Shown piece after piece: positions 28,489-39,310 of a DNA stretch of 64,000 nucleotides. The notes under the pieces are model-generated. The model was given only the letters and a program-made list of their open reading frames with translations, ran no database searches and was not told the DNA's origin. Source of the DNA: an uncultured delta proteobacterium (GTDB lineage Bacteria; Desulfobacterota; Desulfobacteria; Desulfobacterales; UBA2156); NCBI GenBank assembly GCA_963736855.1, contig CAVTQK010000009.1, forward strand, positions 480,001 to 544,000, read 5' to 3'. The first letter of the stretch is position 1. Every line of letters begins with the position of its first letter. The position numbers and the translations under genes were made by a program.

Positions 28489-28504
28489 TGTATATACATC
28501 TATA
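28489..28504. promoter_or_regulatory. HutC-type GntR operator 2
   Basis: TGTATATACATCTATA, the exact reverse complement of 26141-26156. It overlaps the -10 of a minus-strand promoter TTGACA (28527-28522)-17 bp-TATAGA. Confidence 0.75.
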
Positions 28505-28585
28505 TCAATAAGCCCAATTCATGTCAAGGGGAAACGGCGGGACGAACTTGATGCTGACCCAACACCCAAAAAGGAGGCTGGTTCA

Positions 28586-29635
28586 ATGAAACGACGCGAT
28601 TTTATGAAAAAGGCAGGGATAGGCGCCGCCGCAGTGGCGGCCACAGCGGTCAATGCACCTTACGTGATCGCGCAAAAGAAAACGACTATAAAATGGCGGA
28701 TACAAACCTATGCCGGGCCCGCTCTGGCCGCACATGTTATTAAGCCGTCGATCGATGCATTCAACAAGGCGGCAAACGGAGAAATGGTGATCGAGCTGTA
28801 CAACGCGGACCAGTTGGTGCCCCAGGGGGAGCTCTTCAGGGCCGTACAGAAAGGGACCATGGACGCATGCCAGAGCGACGATGATTCCATTGCGGCCCCG
28901 GTCGATGTGGCGGTGTTTGCGGCATATTTTCCCTTTGCATCGCGCTATTCGCTGGACGTTCCCACCCTGTTTCACTGGTATGGACTGGATAAGATCTGGC
29001 AGGAAGCCTATGCCGGCATAAAAGGTGTCACCTGGCTGGGTTCGGGGTCCTGGGATCCCTGCAACTTTGCCACCGTCAAGCCCATCAACCATCTGTCTGA
29101 TCTCAAAGGGTTGAGAATGTATATGTTCCCCACCGGAGGCAGGTTCATGCAGCAATTCGGCGTGGTGCCCATGTCGCTCAAATACGAAGATGTTCAAATG
29201 GCCATCCAGACCGGTGAGCTCGACGGCGTCGCCTGGTCCGGCATCACCGAAGATTACACGGTGGGCTGGGCGGATGTCACCAAGTACTACCTGACCAATC
29301 CCATATCCGGCGCCTGGTCAGGATCCTACTTTGTGAACACCGCCGCGTGGGAAAAAGTTCCGGAACATCTGAAAGCGTTGTTCAAACTGTCCATGGACAG
29401 CTCCCATTACTACCGTCTGCATTGGTACTGGTGGGGTGAAGCGCATTATCGTGTCAAAGGCGGTAAACTGAAACTGACGACGATCCCGGCCAACGAGTGG
29501 AAAACCGTAGAAGATGCGGCCCTCAAATTCTGGGATGAGATCGCCGCCAAGAGCCCCAGGAACGCCAAGGTGGTAAAAATCCTCAAGGAATATGCCCAGA
29601 TCATGAAGGATGCCGGCCCTCCGTATCGATATTAA
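28586..29635 (+). CDS. TRAP transporter substrate-binding protein (DctP family) with Tat signal
   Basis: RRDFMKK twin-arginine signal, WRIQTYAG, LSDLKGLR, AIQTGELDG. Confidence 0.9.
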   Translation: MKRRDFMKKAGIGAAAVAATAVNAPYVIAQKKTTIKWRIQTYAGPALAAHVIKPSIDAFNKAANGEMVIELYNADQLVPQGELFRAVQKGTMDACQSDDDSIAAPVDVAVFAAYFPFASRYSLDVPTLFHWYGLDKIWQEAYAGIKGVTWLGSGSWDPCNFATVKPINHLSDLKGLRMYMFPTGGRFMQQFGVVPMSLKYEDVQMAIQTGELDGVAWSGITEDYTVGWADVTKYYLTNPISGAWSGSYFVNTAAWEKVPEHLKALFKLSMDSSHYYRLHWYWWGEAHYRVKGGKLKLTTIPANEWKTVEDAALKFWDEIAAKSPRNAKVVKILKEYAQIMKDAGPPYRY

Positions 29636-29665
29636 TCCTTAAAAAGCTTTCTGTCAGGCCTTAAA

Positions 29666-29707
29666 TCACCTTCCCGGGTCAGAGTGAAAACCGGTCCGGG
29701 AAGGTGA
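29666..29707 (+). other. Hairpin after TRAP SBP gene
   Basis: TCACCTTCCCGG...CCGGGAAGGTGA, a 12-bp stem. Confidence 0.6.
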
Positions 29708-29734
29708 ACCTTTTAAAAGTCATAAGGAATCGAT

Positions 29735-30247
29735 ATGCCGAAAATCATTCAGAACTTCGTACGATACACGGAAGCCACCAGCAAAGCCGTCGGCCGTTTT
29801 TCCCAGTACTTGGTTTTCGCCATGATGGGCATTCTGCTGTTCGAGTCCCTATCTCGAACCTTCTTTAACCGCCCGCACATCTGGGTTGTGGAAACCTCTC
29901 AATTTCTCATGGCCGCCTATTACCTTTTGGGCGGCGCTTATTCCATGATCCTGGAAGGGCATGTTCGCATGGACCTCTTCTACGGCCGCTTGTCAAAGAA
30001 ACGGCAGGGGCTGACGGATGTGATCACCGGCCCTTTTATGATCTTTTACCTGGTCTTTCTTCTGATCGGCGGCATTTCCAGCATCGATTACGCTATAAGA
30101 TACGGGCAAAAAAATTATACGCCCTGGGCGCCGCCTTTGACTCCGATTAAAATCATCATGGCCATCGGAATCCTGCTGATGCTGCTCCAAGCCATCGTAT
30201 TCTTTATCAAAGACATCGCTAAAGCCAGAGGAAAGGAATCCTCATGA
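29735..30247 (+). CDS. TRAP transporter small permease (DctQ)
   Basis: Four TM segments, GHVRMDLFY; lies between the SBP and the large permease. Confidence 0.9.
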   Translation: MPKIIQNFVRYTEATSKAVGRFSQYLVFAMMGILLFESLSRTFFNRPHIWVVETSQFLMAAYYLLGGAYSMILEGHVRMDLFYGRLSKKRQGLTDVITGPFMIFYLVFLLIGGISSIDYAIRYGQKNYTPWAPPLTPIKIIMAIGILLMLLQAIVFFIKDIAKARGKESS

Positions 30248-31570
30248 GTCATGAACTGATCGCCCTTCTGATCTTTTCCTCGATGTTGCTCATGTTGCTG
30301 ACGGGGCAACGGATCTTTGCCGCCATCGGCGGAGTGGCAACCTTGTTCGCCCTCTGGTTATGGGGGGAAGGCGGAGCGGAGATGCCCTATCATGCAAGCT
30401 TCATTCTCCTGAACTGGTATCCGCTTCTTACTTTGCCCTTGTTTATCTATATGGGCTACATGTTTGCAGAATCGGGAATCGCCGATGACCTCTACCGCAT
30501 GTTCCATGTCTGGATGGGTCCCGTCAACGGGGGTTTGGCCATCGGAACCACCGGCTTGATGGTGGCGGTAGCCGCCATGAACGGGTTGAGTGTCGCCGGT
30601 ATGGCCATCGGCGCCAGTATCGCCATGCCGGAAATGCTGAAGCGAAAATACGACAAGGTCATGGTCACCGGCGTCATCCAGGCCGGAAGTTCTTTGGGCA
30701 TCATGATCCCTCCCAGCGTGGTCCTGGTCCTTTACGGCATGATCGCCCGACAGCCGGTGGGCCATCTCTGGATGGCCGGGGTTTTTCCCGGGCTGTTGTT
30801 GGCGGGGCTGTTCGTTCTCTATATTCTCATTCGATGCTGGATCCAACCCCAAATGGGCCCGGCCCTGAGCTTGGAAGAGCGTCAGCAGATCACCTGGGCC
30901 GAAAGATTCCGACTCCTTCGGGCGGGGATCATTCCCCTCTTGATTATTTTTTCCATGACCGGACTGTTTTTGATGGGGATCACCAGTCTCGTGGAGTGCT
31001 CCGCAGTAGGGGCAGTGGTGACAACCGTCGCAGCCTGGATGAAAAAGCGGCTGAATCGACGGGTCATGGAAGACACTCCTCCGAAACACCCTGAGCGTCA
31101 GTTGCATGTTCATGTGGGTGATTCTTGCGGCGATGTGCTTCGGGGCTGTCTTCGACGGCCTGGGGGCCGTTCATGCCATCGAGAATCTTTTCATCAAGAA
31201 ATGGGAACTCAGCCCATGGGGGATCCTGATCATGATGCAGGTTACCTATATCCTGATGGGTATGTTCCTGGATGATACCGCCATGCTCATCATCGTGGCG
31301 CCCCTGTATATCCCTCTGGTCATCAAGCTGGGATTCAACCCCATCTGGTATGGTGTACTCTACACCATCACCTGCCAGATCGCTTATATGACGCCGCCTT
31401 TCGGTTACAACCTGTTTCTGATGAAAGCCATGGCACCTCCGGAGGTGACGCTGGCAGACATCTACCGTTCCATTGTCCCCTTTGTTCTGGTGATGATGGT
31501 GGGTCTGGCGATTGTCATCCTCTTTCCCCCGATCGCCCTGTGGCTTCCCAATTTATACTTTGGAAAATGA
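30244..31570 (+). CDS. TRAP transporter large permease (DctM), frameshifted near 31080
   Basis: LGIMIPPS and IAYMTPPFGYNLF. Removing one C from GAAGACACTCCTCCGAAAC joins ORFs 30244 and 31106. Confidence 0.85.
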
Positions 31571-32094
31571 CAACCATGAAAATGCCGGATATTCGAATCC
31601 AAAAGATCCTCTTTGCCACCGACTTATCGGAAAGCTCCGTGCACGCCTTTGCCTATGCGGTGAGTCTTGCCAATATCTTTGGAGCCGGGATGACGATCCT
31701 TCATGTGATGGCCGAATTCCCCGGAGAAAAATTCATCCTGAACATGATCCAAACCGACACGTGGAAGGAAATCAAAAAACGGCATTATTCCGAAGCCCGG
31801 GATGACCTGATCCTGAAAAAAAGAGACCATGTCGCCATCAAGGAGGTTCTGGAGGCCTTTTCCGAAGCGGTTAAAAACGGAGACCCCAATCACGATTTCG
31901 TCACCGACGAAATCATCATTAAAAGCGGGCCTCCTGCCGAAACGATCGTCGAAACGGCAAAAAAGCGGAAGTGCGATCTGGTCGTCGTGGGAACCCACGG
32001 CCAGAGCGCCCTCGCCGATGTGTTGATCGGCAGCACCGCCCGATGGGTGGTCCGGAACTCACCGATTCCGGTTTTGGTTGTCCGTTTGCCCTAA
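31567..32094 (+). CDS. Universal stress protein (TRAP-associated)
   Basis: ILFATDLS, CDLVVVGTHG, IGSTARWVV..SPIPVLVV. Confidence 0.9.
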   Translation: MTTMKMPDIRIQKILFATDLSESSVHAFAYAVSLANIFGAGMTILHVMAEFPGEKFILNMIQTDTWKEIKKRHYSEARDDLILKKRDHVAIKEVLEAFSEAVKNGDPNHDFVTDEIIIKSGPPAETIVETAKKRKCDLVVVGTHGQSALADVLIGSTARWVVRNSPIPVLVVRLP

Positions 32095-32146
32095 TAGCCG
32101 CGCCTCGGATAGCCACCTGTAAAAAGCCACCCGAACCGTTGGATTA

Positions 32147-32875
32147 GTGCGGATGAAACCATTTACCATCATCTGGGATTTTGACGGGACCCTGCTCCCC
32201 TCCGATCCCTATGACAGCGAACACACCTTGTTGCTGTACAATATCCATGCTTCCGATGATAGGCTCTCCCTGGCCAAACGGATCGTCGGCCTAACCATCA
32301 TCTTTTTAGACAGAAAAAAATGGATGGGCCCGGCATTCAAGAGATATTATGCCTGGGTGCTTTCAGGAACCCGTATGAATCGGCTCGATGGGGTCTCTGA
32401 GATGCTGGCCCAAAAAATTTCCGCATCCGACCGGGCCTCTCTTCTGAATTTATATCACCGTGGGCATACCCAGATGATCATCAGCTGCGGAACCCTCGAT
32501 CTGATCGAGAGGATCCTGGAGATTGCCGGCATCAAAAGCTGTTTTAAACGTATCGAAGGAAATCGGTTCCTTTCAGCCAACGATCGAATAATCGGAATCC
32601 AAAATCGCATCATTCATCCGACCGATAAACTGAAACCGCTCAAAGGACAAGACCTCGACGCCGATCGGGTCATTGCCATCGGGGACGGGTACACGGATCT
32701 TCCCCTCCTGGATTGGGCCCACTTTCCGGTCTTGATGGACCGATCTCAAACCAAAAGCCGATTGCCCGCCGAGCGATGTTATTCTAAGATCGCATCGATT
32801 TCAGACCTTGTCGAATGGATCGAACACCTATCCTCTGAAAACGGACCCGCAATATGCCGGCAAAGAAGAAAATGA
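32147..32875 (+). CDS. HAD hydrolase, phosphoserine-phosphatase-like
   Basis: WDFDGTL motif I, IISCG motif II, AIGDGYTD motif IV. Confidence 0.78.
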   Translation: MRMKPFTIIWDFDGTLLPSDPYDSEHTLLLYNIHASDDRLSLAKRIVGLTIIFLDRKKWMGPAFKRYYAWVLSGTRMNRLDGVSEMLAQKISASDRASLLNLYHRGHTQMIISCGTLDLIERILEIAGIKSCFKRIEGNRFLSANDRIIGIQNRIIHPTDKLKPLKGQDLDADRVIAIGDGYTDLPLLDWAHFPVLMDRSQTKSRLPAERCYSKIASISDLVEWIEHLSSENGPAICRQRRK

Positions 32876-33876
32876 AACGGAAAAATCTGATCGTGTTCGA
32901 CATGGACGGCGTGCTTATCGACGTCTCCCTGTCGTACCGGGACACCGTGCGTCAGACAGCCCGGCTCTTTTTCAAAGGGGCCCGAGGGTGGGAAGATCTT
33001 CCGGACCCGCTTTTTTCACTTTTGGATCTGGCCCGGGTCAAACAAAGCGGCGGGTTGAACAACGACTGGGATCTGTCATTTACCATAATCAGCCTGATTT
33101 ATTCCCTTGTCAAAGGCCCTAAGGCCCCGACGGCAGCCGAGCCCTGGCAGTATTACCGCGCCGGCATTTCCCGTTGCGATGTTTCCGAACTGGCGTGCTT
33201 TTTAAAGAGCGAATCGCAACCGCTAACCCGGCTTTCGGAAAAAATCGGAAGACCGATCCATGAATTCATATCCGCCTGCTATGCCGGCGATGTGGGAACC
33301 GGAAATATCATCAAACAGATTTTTCAGGAAATTTACCTTGGATCCGAACTCTTCCAGGCAACCTATGGGATCTTTCCTTCTGCTTACTTTGAAAAAGGGT
33401 TGATCGATAAGGAAAGGCTCCTCATCGATCCGTCGATTTTGGAACATCTCTTTCTTCGTCATATCCTGGCCATCGCCACCGGCCGCCCTAAAATAGAGGC
33501 GGACTACCCCTTGGACCGCTTTCAGATTCGACGCTATTTTTCGGCGGTATACACCCTGGATGATTGCCTGCGGGAAGAAAAGAAACGGTTTGAAGCCGGA
33601 AAGGAGCGCATCGATTTGGGCAAACCCAACCCTTACATGCTGGATGCCCTGAAGGCCGCTTTCCAGGAGGAAGCTTCAGGCTTTTATTATATCGGGGATA
33701 TGCCCGACGACATGATGACCGCCGCCCACTCCGATGCCCCTTTCCTGGGAATTGGAATCCTGCTTTCTTCCGAGGACAGAAAGGAGCTTGCCGAAGCGCT
33801 GCGCAAAGCCGGTGCGGCGGCAATCATCGATGACTTTGAGTCCCTGTTGACCCTCGTGAATACAGAGAAGCGCTGA
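32872..33876 (+). CDS. HAD superfamily IA hydrolase
   Basis: VFDMDGVLID, ATGRP, KPNP, YIGDMPDD. Confidence 0.8.
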   Translation: MKRKNLIVFDMDGVLIDVSLSYRDTVRQTARLFFKGARGWEDLPDPLFSLLDLARVKQSGGLNNDWDLSFTIISLIYSLVKGPKAPTAAEPWQYYRAGISRCDVSELACFLKSESQPLTRLSEKIGRPIHEFISACYAGDVGTGNIIKQIFQEIYLGSELFQATYGIFPSAYFEKGLIDKERLLIDPSILEHLFLRHILAIATGRPKIEADYPLDRFQIRRYFSAVYTLDDCLREEKKRFEAGKERIDLGKPNPYMLDALKAAFQEEASGFYYIGDMPDDMMTAAHSDAPFLGIGILLSSEDRKELAEALRKAGAAAIIDDFESLLTLVNTEKR

Positions 33877-33906
33877 GCCGTTGTCCGGAATCTTTTCCCC
33901 CCGGCT

Positions 33907-36330
33907 TCAGACCCGGATCTTTTCCCGTTGGGGATCATAAAGAATCCGGTTCAGATGGCAGGTGGCCGGGTAGACCTTCCGGTAGGATTCGATTTCCCAA
34001 CCTTGGCCGGAGACGGCTTTTTCTGCCGGAACATATCCATAGGCGATCGTCTTTTCAATGGTATGGCCGTATCCGGCGCTGCTCGTCACTCCGATCACCT
34101 CGCCTTTTCGAATAATCGGGGCGCTTCCCTGGATCATGACCGGATCCTTTTCATCAAGGGTAAAGCTGCACAGTCGCCATGGGGCTCCATCCTTTCGAAT
34201 CCTGGCCAACGCGACTTTTCCCATGAAATCTTCTTTATCAAGGAACACGCAGGTATCGAGGCCGGCATCATAAGGGGTGTATTCGGGCGTGAGTTCAGAC
34301 CCCCAGTCCGCATTTCCTTTTTCAAGTCTCATCGAGTTGATGGCCCGATAACCGGCATTTCCGATTGAAAAATCCTGTCCAGCCTCCCAGAGAGTTTCAT
34401 AAACATGTCCGGCAAAATCCACAGGAATGTAAAGCTCGTATCCCAGTTCTCCCACATAGGTGATCCGGAATGCCGTCACCGGCGCATGACCGACGGCTAT
34501 CGGCTTGCAGGCCCCGAATCGAAAGTCCTTGATTGCTGAGGTCGTCTTTTGTAATCCTCTGGAGCAGTTCCCTCGATTTCGGCCCAACGACGTTGATGAC
34601 CCCAAAAGCCGATGTGACCTCATGGAATACGACCGAGCCGTCGGTCGGCAGGTGCTTCCTGATCCACCATCCGACGCGAAGTCCGAAGGCGGTTCCCACC
34701 ACCAGCAGGAACCTCTCAGTTTCCAAACGAGCGACGGTAAGGTCACACTCGATCCCTCCACGATCGTTACACATGGGGGTGTAGATCACCGAGCCGACCG
34801 GTCGATCGATCCGATTCGTGCATAGGCGGTTCAAAGACTCCAGCGCTTTTGGGCCTGTCATCTCGAATTTGCAGAAGGATGACTGATCGATGAGGACCAC
34901 TTTTTCCCGGGCCCGGCGATGTTCATCAGCAACGCATACAAACCACCCGGGAACTTCAAAGGTGGGCCGGTCCTTGTACTCGGCCCCTGGGGGGCAAACC
35001 AGTTCGGCCGTTCCCATCCGTATTTGGCGCCGAATACCCCCCTTTTTGCCTTTAAAAGGTTATAAAGGGGGCTCCGCCGGACTCCCCGGGCCGAATCATG
35101 TTCTTCATGGGGCCAGTGGATCGTGTAATGCTTTCCGTAAAGCTCGGCGGTTCTTTCAACCTGATAAGACCTGCTCTTATGATGGGGGCCGAAGCGACGG
35201 ATATCGAGGGGCCACAGATCGAGACTCGGTTCCCCATGGATAATCCATTCGGCCATCATTTGTCCGGCACCCCCTCCTGCAGCAATCCCGAATGCATTGA
35301 AACCGACGGCCACAAAGAGATTGTCAAGTTCGGGCGCCGGCCCCATGATGGCGTTGCCGTCCGGGGTGAACCCTTCCGGACCGTTGATCAGCTTGATGAT
35401 CCCCGCACTTTTCAGGCATGGGGTTCGGCGAAGGGCCGGTTCGGAAAGGATCTGAAAATGATCGAAATCCGGCTCCAGGAGCCTTCCCGAAAAGTCATTG
35501 GATACGCCATCCACCGACCAGGGGATTCCGTTTCTCTCGTAACCGCCCATGACAAGCCCGCCGACTTCCTCTTTATAGTAGATCAGGTTGTCCTTGTCCC
35601 GGATGGTCGGTAAATTCTTCGGCATGCCTGGGATCTTTTCGCTGACCAGAAACTGATGTTGAAACGGAACCACCGGTGTATTGACCCCCAGCATCCTTCC
35701 AACCTGGTATCCCCACATGCCCGTGCAGTTGACGACGGTTTCACATTCGATCTTTCCTGTTTGGGTTAAAACCGCTTGGATTCGCTTTCCCTGTATGTCA
35801 AAGCCGGTGACCAGGGTGTCCGTGGAGATCTTTGCCCCCCGATCCCGTGCTCCCCTCGCCAGCGCCTGGGTAATGCCGGAAGGATCGGCCTGCCCGTCCG
35901 TGGGCATGAAAGCCGCCCCGATGATCCCTTCAAGGGAGAGGATGGGGCAAAGATCGTAAGCTTCTTTGGGGGTAAGAATGTGCATTTCAAGTCCGAAGCT
36001 GCGGGCGGTGGTGGCGCCCTTTTTCAGTTCGTACATGCGATCCCGGGTGGAGGCCAGGTGCAGGCAACCGGTTTTTTTCCACCCGGTGGACAGTCCGGTT
36101 TCCGCCTCAAGAGTCTCATATAAGCTGACGCTCATCTGCAGCATCCGGGTGATGTTGCGTTCACTGCGGAGTTGGCCCACCAAACCGGCCGCATGCCATG
36201 TGGACCCGCTGGTCAACTGATTCTTTTCCAGAAGCACGATATCCTTTATGCCGAGTCGGGTCAGGTGATAGGCCGTGCTGCATCCGATGATGCCGCCGCC
36301 AATGATCACAACCCGGGCGCTTTGCCGCAT
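33907..36330 (-). CDS. FAD-dependent GcvT-family oxidoreductase (dimethylglycine/sarcosine dehydrogenase-like), split by two frameshifts
   Basis: IIGGGIIG, TSGSTWHAAG, FTPDG, GWERPNWF, GGIECDLTV, YVGELGYEL, MRLEKG. Shifts at the G6 run 34989-34994 and near 34530. Confidence 0.85.
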
Positions 36331-36353
36331 TGTCTCACTCTCCTTTGTTCGGA

Positions 36354-38066
36354 TCAAACTTCGGCCGTCAATCCTTTCCGACTGCCTCCCGTTTTTATGG
36401 ATACGATTTTCAGCAATCCCAGTACAACCAATACGATTAAAATAATGCACGTACACATTGCGTTGGCGCTGGCGGTCCAGCCGTCATTATCCAGCATGAT
36501 GATTTCAATGGCCGCCAGATGGACCGTTGCCGACACCAGGAAGATGACCGCGCTGATGGTGGTCATGGATCTCATGAAAAAATAGAGGAAGGTTTGAAAG
36601 AATGCGACCCGGGAAAGGGGAAAGATGATTCTAAAAAAAGTGCGCAGCGTATCCCCGCCGAGACTGATGGAAGCCTCCTCGATGGATGGATCGATATTTC
36701 TCAGAGTCGAAATACCCGATAAAATTCCCAGGGTGAAATTGCAGATGATATTGTTGATGACCACGATCCAGGGTGTTCCATAAAAAAAATAGTAGGACTT
36801 ATTGAACGCCAGGACATACCCCAGCCCCATGACCAGACCGGGAATCGCCGCGGGCATGACGGAGAGCAGATAAATAAACTGCTTGAATAACGGTTTGCGC
36901 GTTTCCATAACATAAGCGGCCACCAGCGTAATAAGAGCACCGACGATGCCGACTACCAAAGAAACCCAGACGCTGGTCCAGAGGGCCGAATACCCGGCGA
37001 TGGACGGAAAATGATAATGCTTGAAAGTCAGAGACCAGTCATAAGGCCAGACCTTAACAACAGAACCCACAATAACAACAATGAAAATAAGGATGATGGC
37101 AAATGAGATCAGACTGCAAAATGTAGTAAAGCTGATCTTTTTCAAGAGCCTGGAGGGAGGAATCACCGGTTTGGCAGCACCGCTGATCATGGAAAAGGTT
37201 TTTCTTGAAATGTAATAATTGAACAAAAAGGCCATGAGGGAGGGCACCAGCAGGATGATGCTGATGGTAGCCCCCAGGTCGAACCGGTACAGATTGGTGA
37301 CCTGGGCGTAAATTTCGGTGGCCAGAACATTATAATCACCCCCGATGACCACCGGATTCCCGAAGTCCGTGATCGTCAAGTTAAACGTCAATGCGGCGGC
37401 ACTGAGTATGCCGTACTTGGCGGAAGGCAGCGTGATACGGGTGAACACCTTGAATGGGGTCGCCCCCAGACTTTCCGCGGCCTCGTCGAGCCGAATGTCC
37501 ACCGCGGAAAGGGTCGTGTACAAAATCACATAGGCATGGGGGAGGCAATAAAGAACCTCGGAAATGATGATGCCGATGGGACCATAGATGCTCCATTCTG
37601 TTCGAATCAGATGCGCCGTGATCAAACCGTTGCGTCCGAAGAGATAAATCAGCGCCAGTGCCTGGGTGATGGAAGGGGCTACCAGCGGCATCATGATGAT
37701 GTTGCGAAAAAACCCCTTTCCAGCGATCGTGGTGCGCGTCATGGCATAAGCAAAAAAGAAGATGATGACGGTGACGATGATCATCGTGACAATGGACACA
37801 TAAAGACTGTGCCAGAGCGCTCTCACCGTGTAGGCGGTGGTGAAATATCTTTGGAAATTGGCAAGGGTGAAATTGGCGACGGCAAACTCGCCCCCTTTAA
37901 AAAAGCTCAGTTTGAGAATGGCAAACAGGGGAAAGAGCATGAAAAAGAAGAGGAGCAAGGCAATGAACAAGGTCACGGCCGGTAGCACAAACCGGTCGAC
38001 TTCCATTCGAAGCGGTGAAACCGTGTATCTTTCTCTGACGTCGCTTGCGCTGGAATTGAAAGGCAT
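36354..38066 (-). CDS. ABC transporter permease (duplicated-domain FbpB/PhnU-like)
   Basis: Two EAA loops (LDEAAESLGA, IEEASISLGG), LIYLFGRNG, TDFGNPVVIGG. Confidence 0.88.
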   Translation of the reverse strand: MPFNSSASDVRERYTVSPLRMEVDRFVLPAVTLFIALLLFFFMLFPLFAILKLSFFKGGEFAVANFTLANFQRYFTTAYTVRALWHSLYVSIVTMIIVTVIIFFFAYAMTRTTIAGKGFFRNIIMMPLVAPSITQALALIYLFGRNGLITAHLIRTEWSIYGPIGIIISEVLYCLPHAYVILYTTLSAVDIRLDEAAESLGATPFKVFTRITLPSAKYGILSAAALTFNLTITDFGNPVVIGGDYNVLATEIYAQVTNLYRFDLGATISIILLVPSLMAFLFNYYISRKTFSMISGAAKPVIPPSRLLKKISFTTFCSLISFAIILIFIVVIVGSVVKVWPYDWSLTFKHYHFPSIAGYSALWTSVWVSLVVGIVGALITLVAAYVMETRKPLFKQFIYLLSVMPAAIPGLVMGLGYVLAFNKSYYFFYGTPWIVVINNIICNFTLGILSGISTLRNIDPSIEEASISLGGDTLRTFFRIIFPLSRVAFFQTFLYFFMRSMTTISAVIFLVSATVHLAAIEIIMLDNDGWTASANAMCTCIILIVLVVLGLLKIVSIKTGGSRKGLTAEV

Positions 38067-38102
38067 GTCCGTTCTTTCCCTGGATAGGGAATTGGGTGGC
38101 TT

Positions 38103-39191
38103 TTAGATCAGCTTTCTGAAAAGTTCCTTATAGACATGAAAGGCCTCCGGAGGAAAGTAGAGCCTGATTTTGTCCCCCCGTTTCAGGTTGCGTTTTTCAA
38201 ACTCCTTTTCAGAGATATCCACCAGCATCTCTTCGTCCTCCAGCATGAAGGCGATTCGCACTACAGCCCCAAGAAAGTTGATGACCTCCACTATCGTTTC
38301 GACAATGTTTGAGGAAACCAAATCATCTACGGGGCTTTCAGGAAAGAGGACTTCGATGTTTTCGGGACGAATGGCAAGGTGCACCGTCTCGCTGTCCATA
38401 GCTTCGAGGCCGGTAATCTGGAATGTCCGGAGACCGAATCGCACTTGGTTATTTTCTTTTTTCCCGGCAATGAAATTGGATATCCCCACGAAGCCGGCGA
38501 TAAAACTGCTTTGCGGTTTTTTATAAATTTCCCACGGGGTTCCGATTTGCCTGAATTCGCCATCCCGCATGACCACTACTCGATCCGCCAGAGCCAATGC
38601 TTCCTCCTGATCATGGGTCACGTAGATCAGGGTGATTCCAAGCTCCTCCTGGAGCCGCTTGATGACGGTTCTCAACCGGATACGGATTTTGGCATCCAAA
38701 GCACTTAACGGTTCATCCAACAAGAGAATTTTCGGTTTGATGGCCAGTGCCCTGCCGAGGGCCACCCGTTGCTGCTGCCCGCCGGAAAGCTGGGACGGAT
38801 AATGGCTTTCCCACCCGCGCAAGCCGATAAGACCCAGTATTTCATCGACCCGCGCATCGATCACCTTCTGCGGCACTTTGCGCATTTTTAGCCCGAATGC
38901 GACGTTCTGGCTTACCGTCATGTTGGGAAAAAGGGCGTAGGACTGAAAAACGATGCCGAATTCTCGCTTTTGAGGGATGACGTCGTTGATGACCACGCCA
39001 TCGTAGAGGATCTTTCCGGACGTGATTTCTTCAAACCCGGTGATCATCCTCAGGATCGTCGTTTTCCCGCATCCGCTCGGACCCAGAAAACAGAGGAATT
39101 CTCCAGGTTGGATTTCCAGGTTAACGTTATTGACGGCAATCAGCGAGCCATAGTGTTTGCTCAAATTCTCCAGAATCAGGTTTTTGGACAT
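38103..39191 (-). CDS. ABC transporter ATP-binding protein
   Basis: GPSGCGKT, LSGGQQQR, LLLDEPLSALD, C-terminal TOBE-like domain. Confidence 0.95.
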   Translation of the reverse strand: MSKNLILENLSKHYGSLIAVNNVNLEIQPGEFLCFLGPSGCGKTTILRMITGFEEITSGKILYDGVVINDVIPQKREFGIVFQSYALFPNMTVSQNVAFGLKMRKVPQKVIDARVDEILGLIGLRGWESHYPSQLSGGQQQRVALGRALAIKPKILLLDEPLSALDAKIRIRLRTVIKRLQEELGITLIYVTHDQEEALALADRVVVMRDGEFRQIGTPWEIYKKPQSSFIAGFVGISNFIAGKKENNQVRFGLRTFQITGLEAMDSETVHLAIRPENIEVLFPESPVDDLVSSNIVETIVEVINFLGAVVRIAFMLEDEEMLVDISEKEFEKRNLKRGDKIRLYFPPEAFHVYKELFRKLI

Positions 39192-39252
39192 CTTCCCGCT
39201 GTGCGCTCCTCAAAAAAGAGTATCCGTCTCATACCCTTTTTAAGAAGGGGAT

Positions 39253-39292
39253 GATCGTCTCATCGATCCAACAAAGGATTGATGAGACGATC
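39253..39292 (-). other. Hairpin after ABC SBP gene
   Basis: GATCGTCTCATCGATCC-aacaaa-GGATTGATGAGACGATC. Confidence 0.6.
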
Positions 39293-39310
39293 GGTCGATT
39301 GGCTCTTTGA

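Noticed and set aside
31060..31110. Programmed ribosomal frameshift in dctM or the other split genes
   Set aside because: No slippery heptamer or stimulatory structure is evident, and the many scattered indels are better explained by sequence error or decay.
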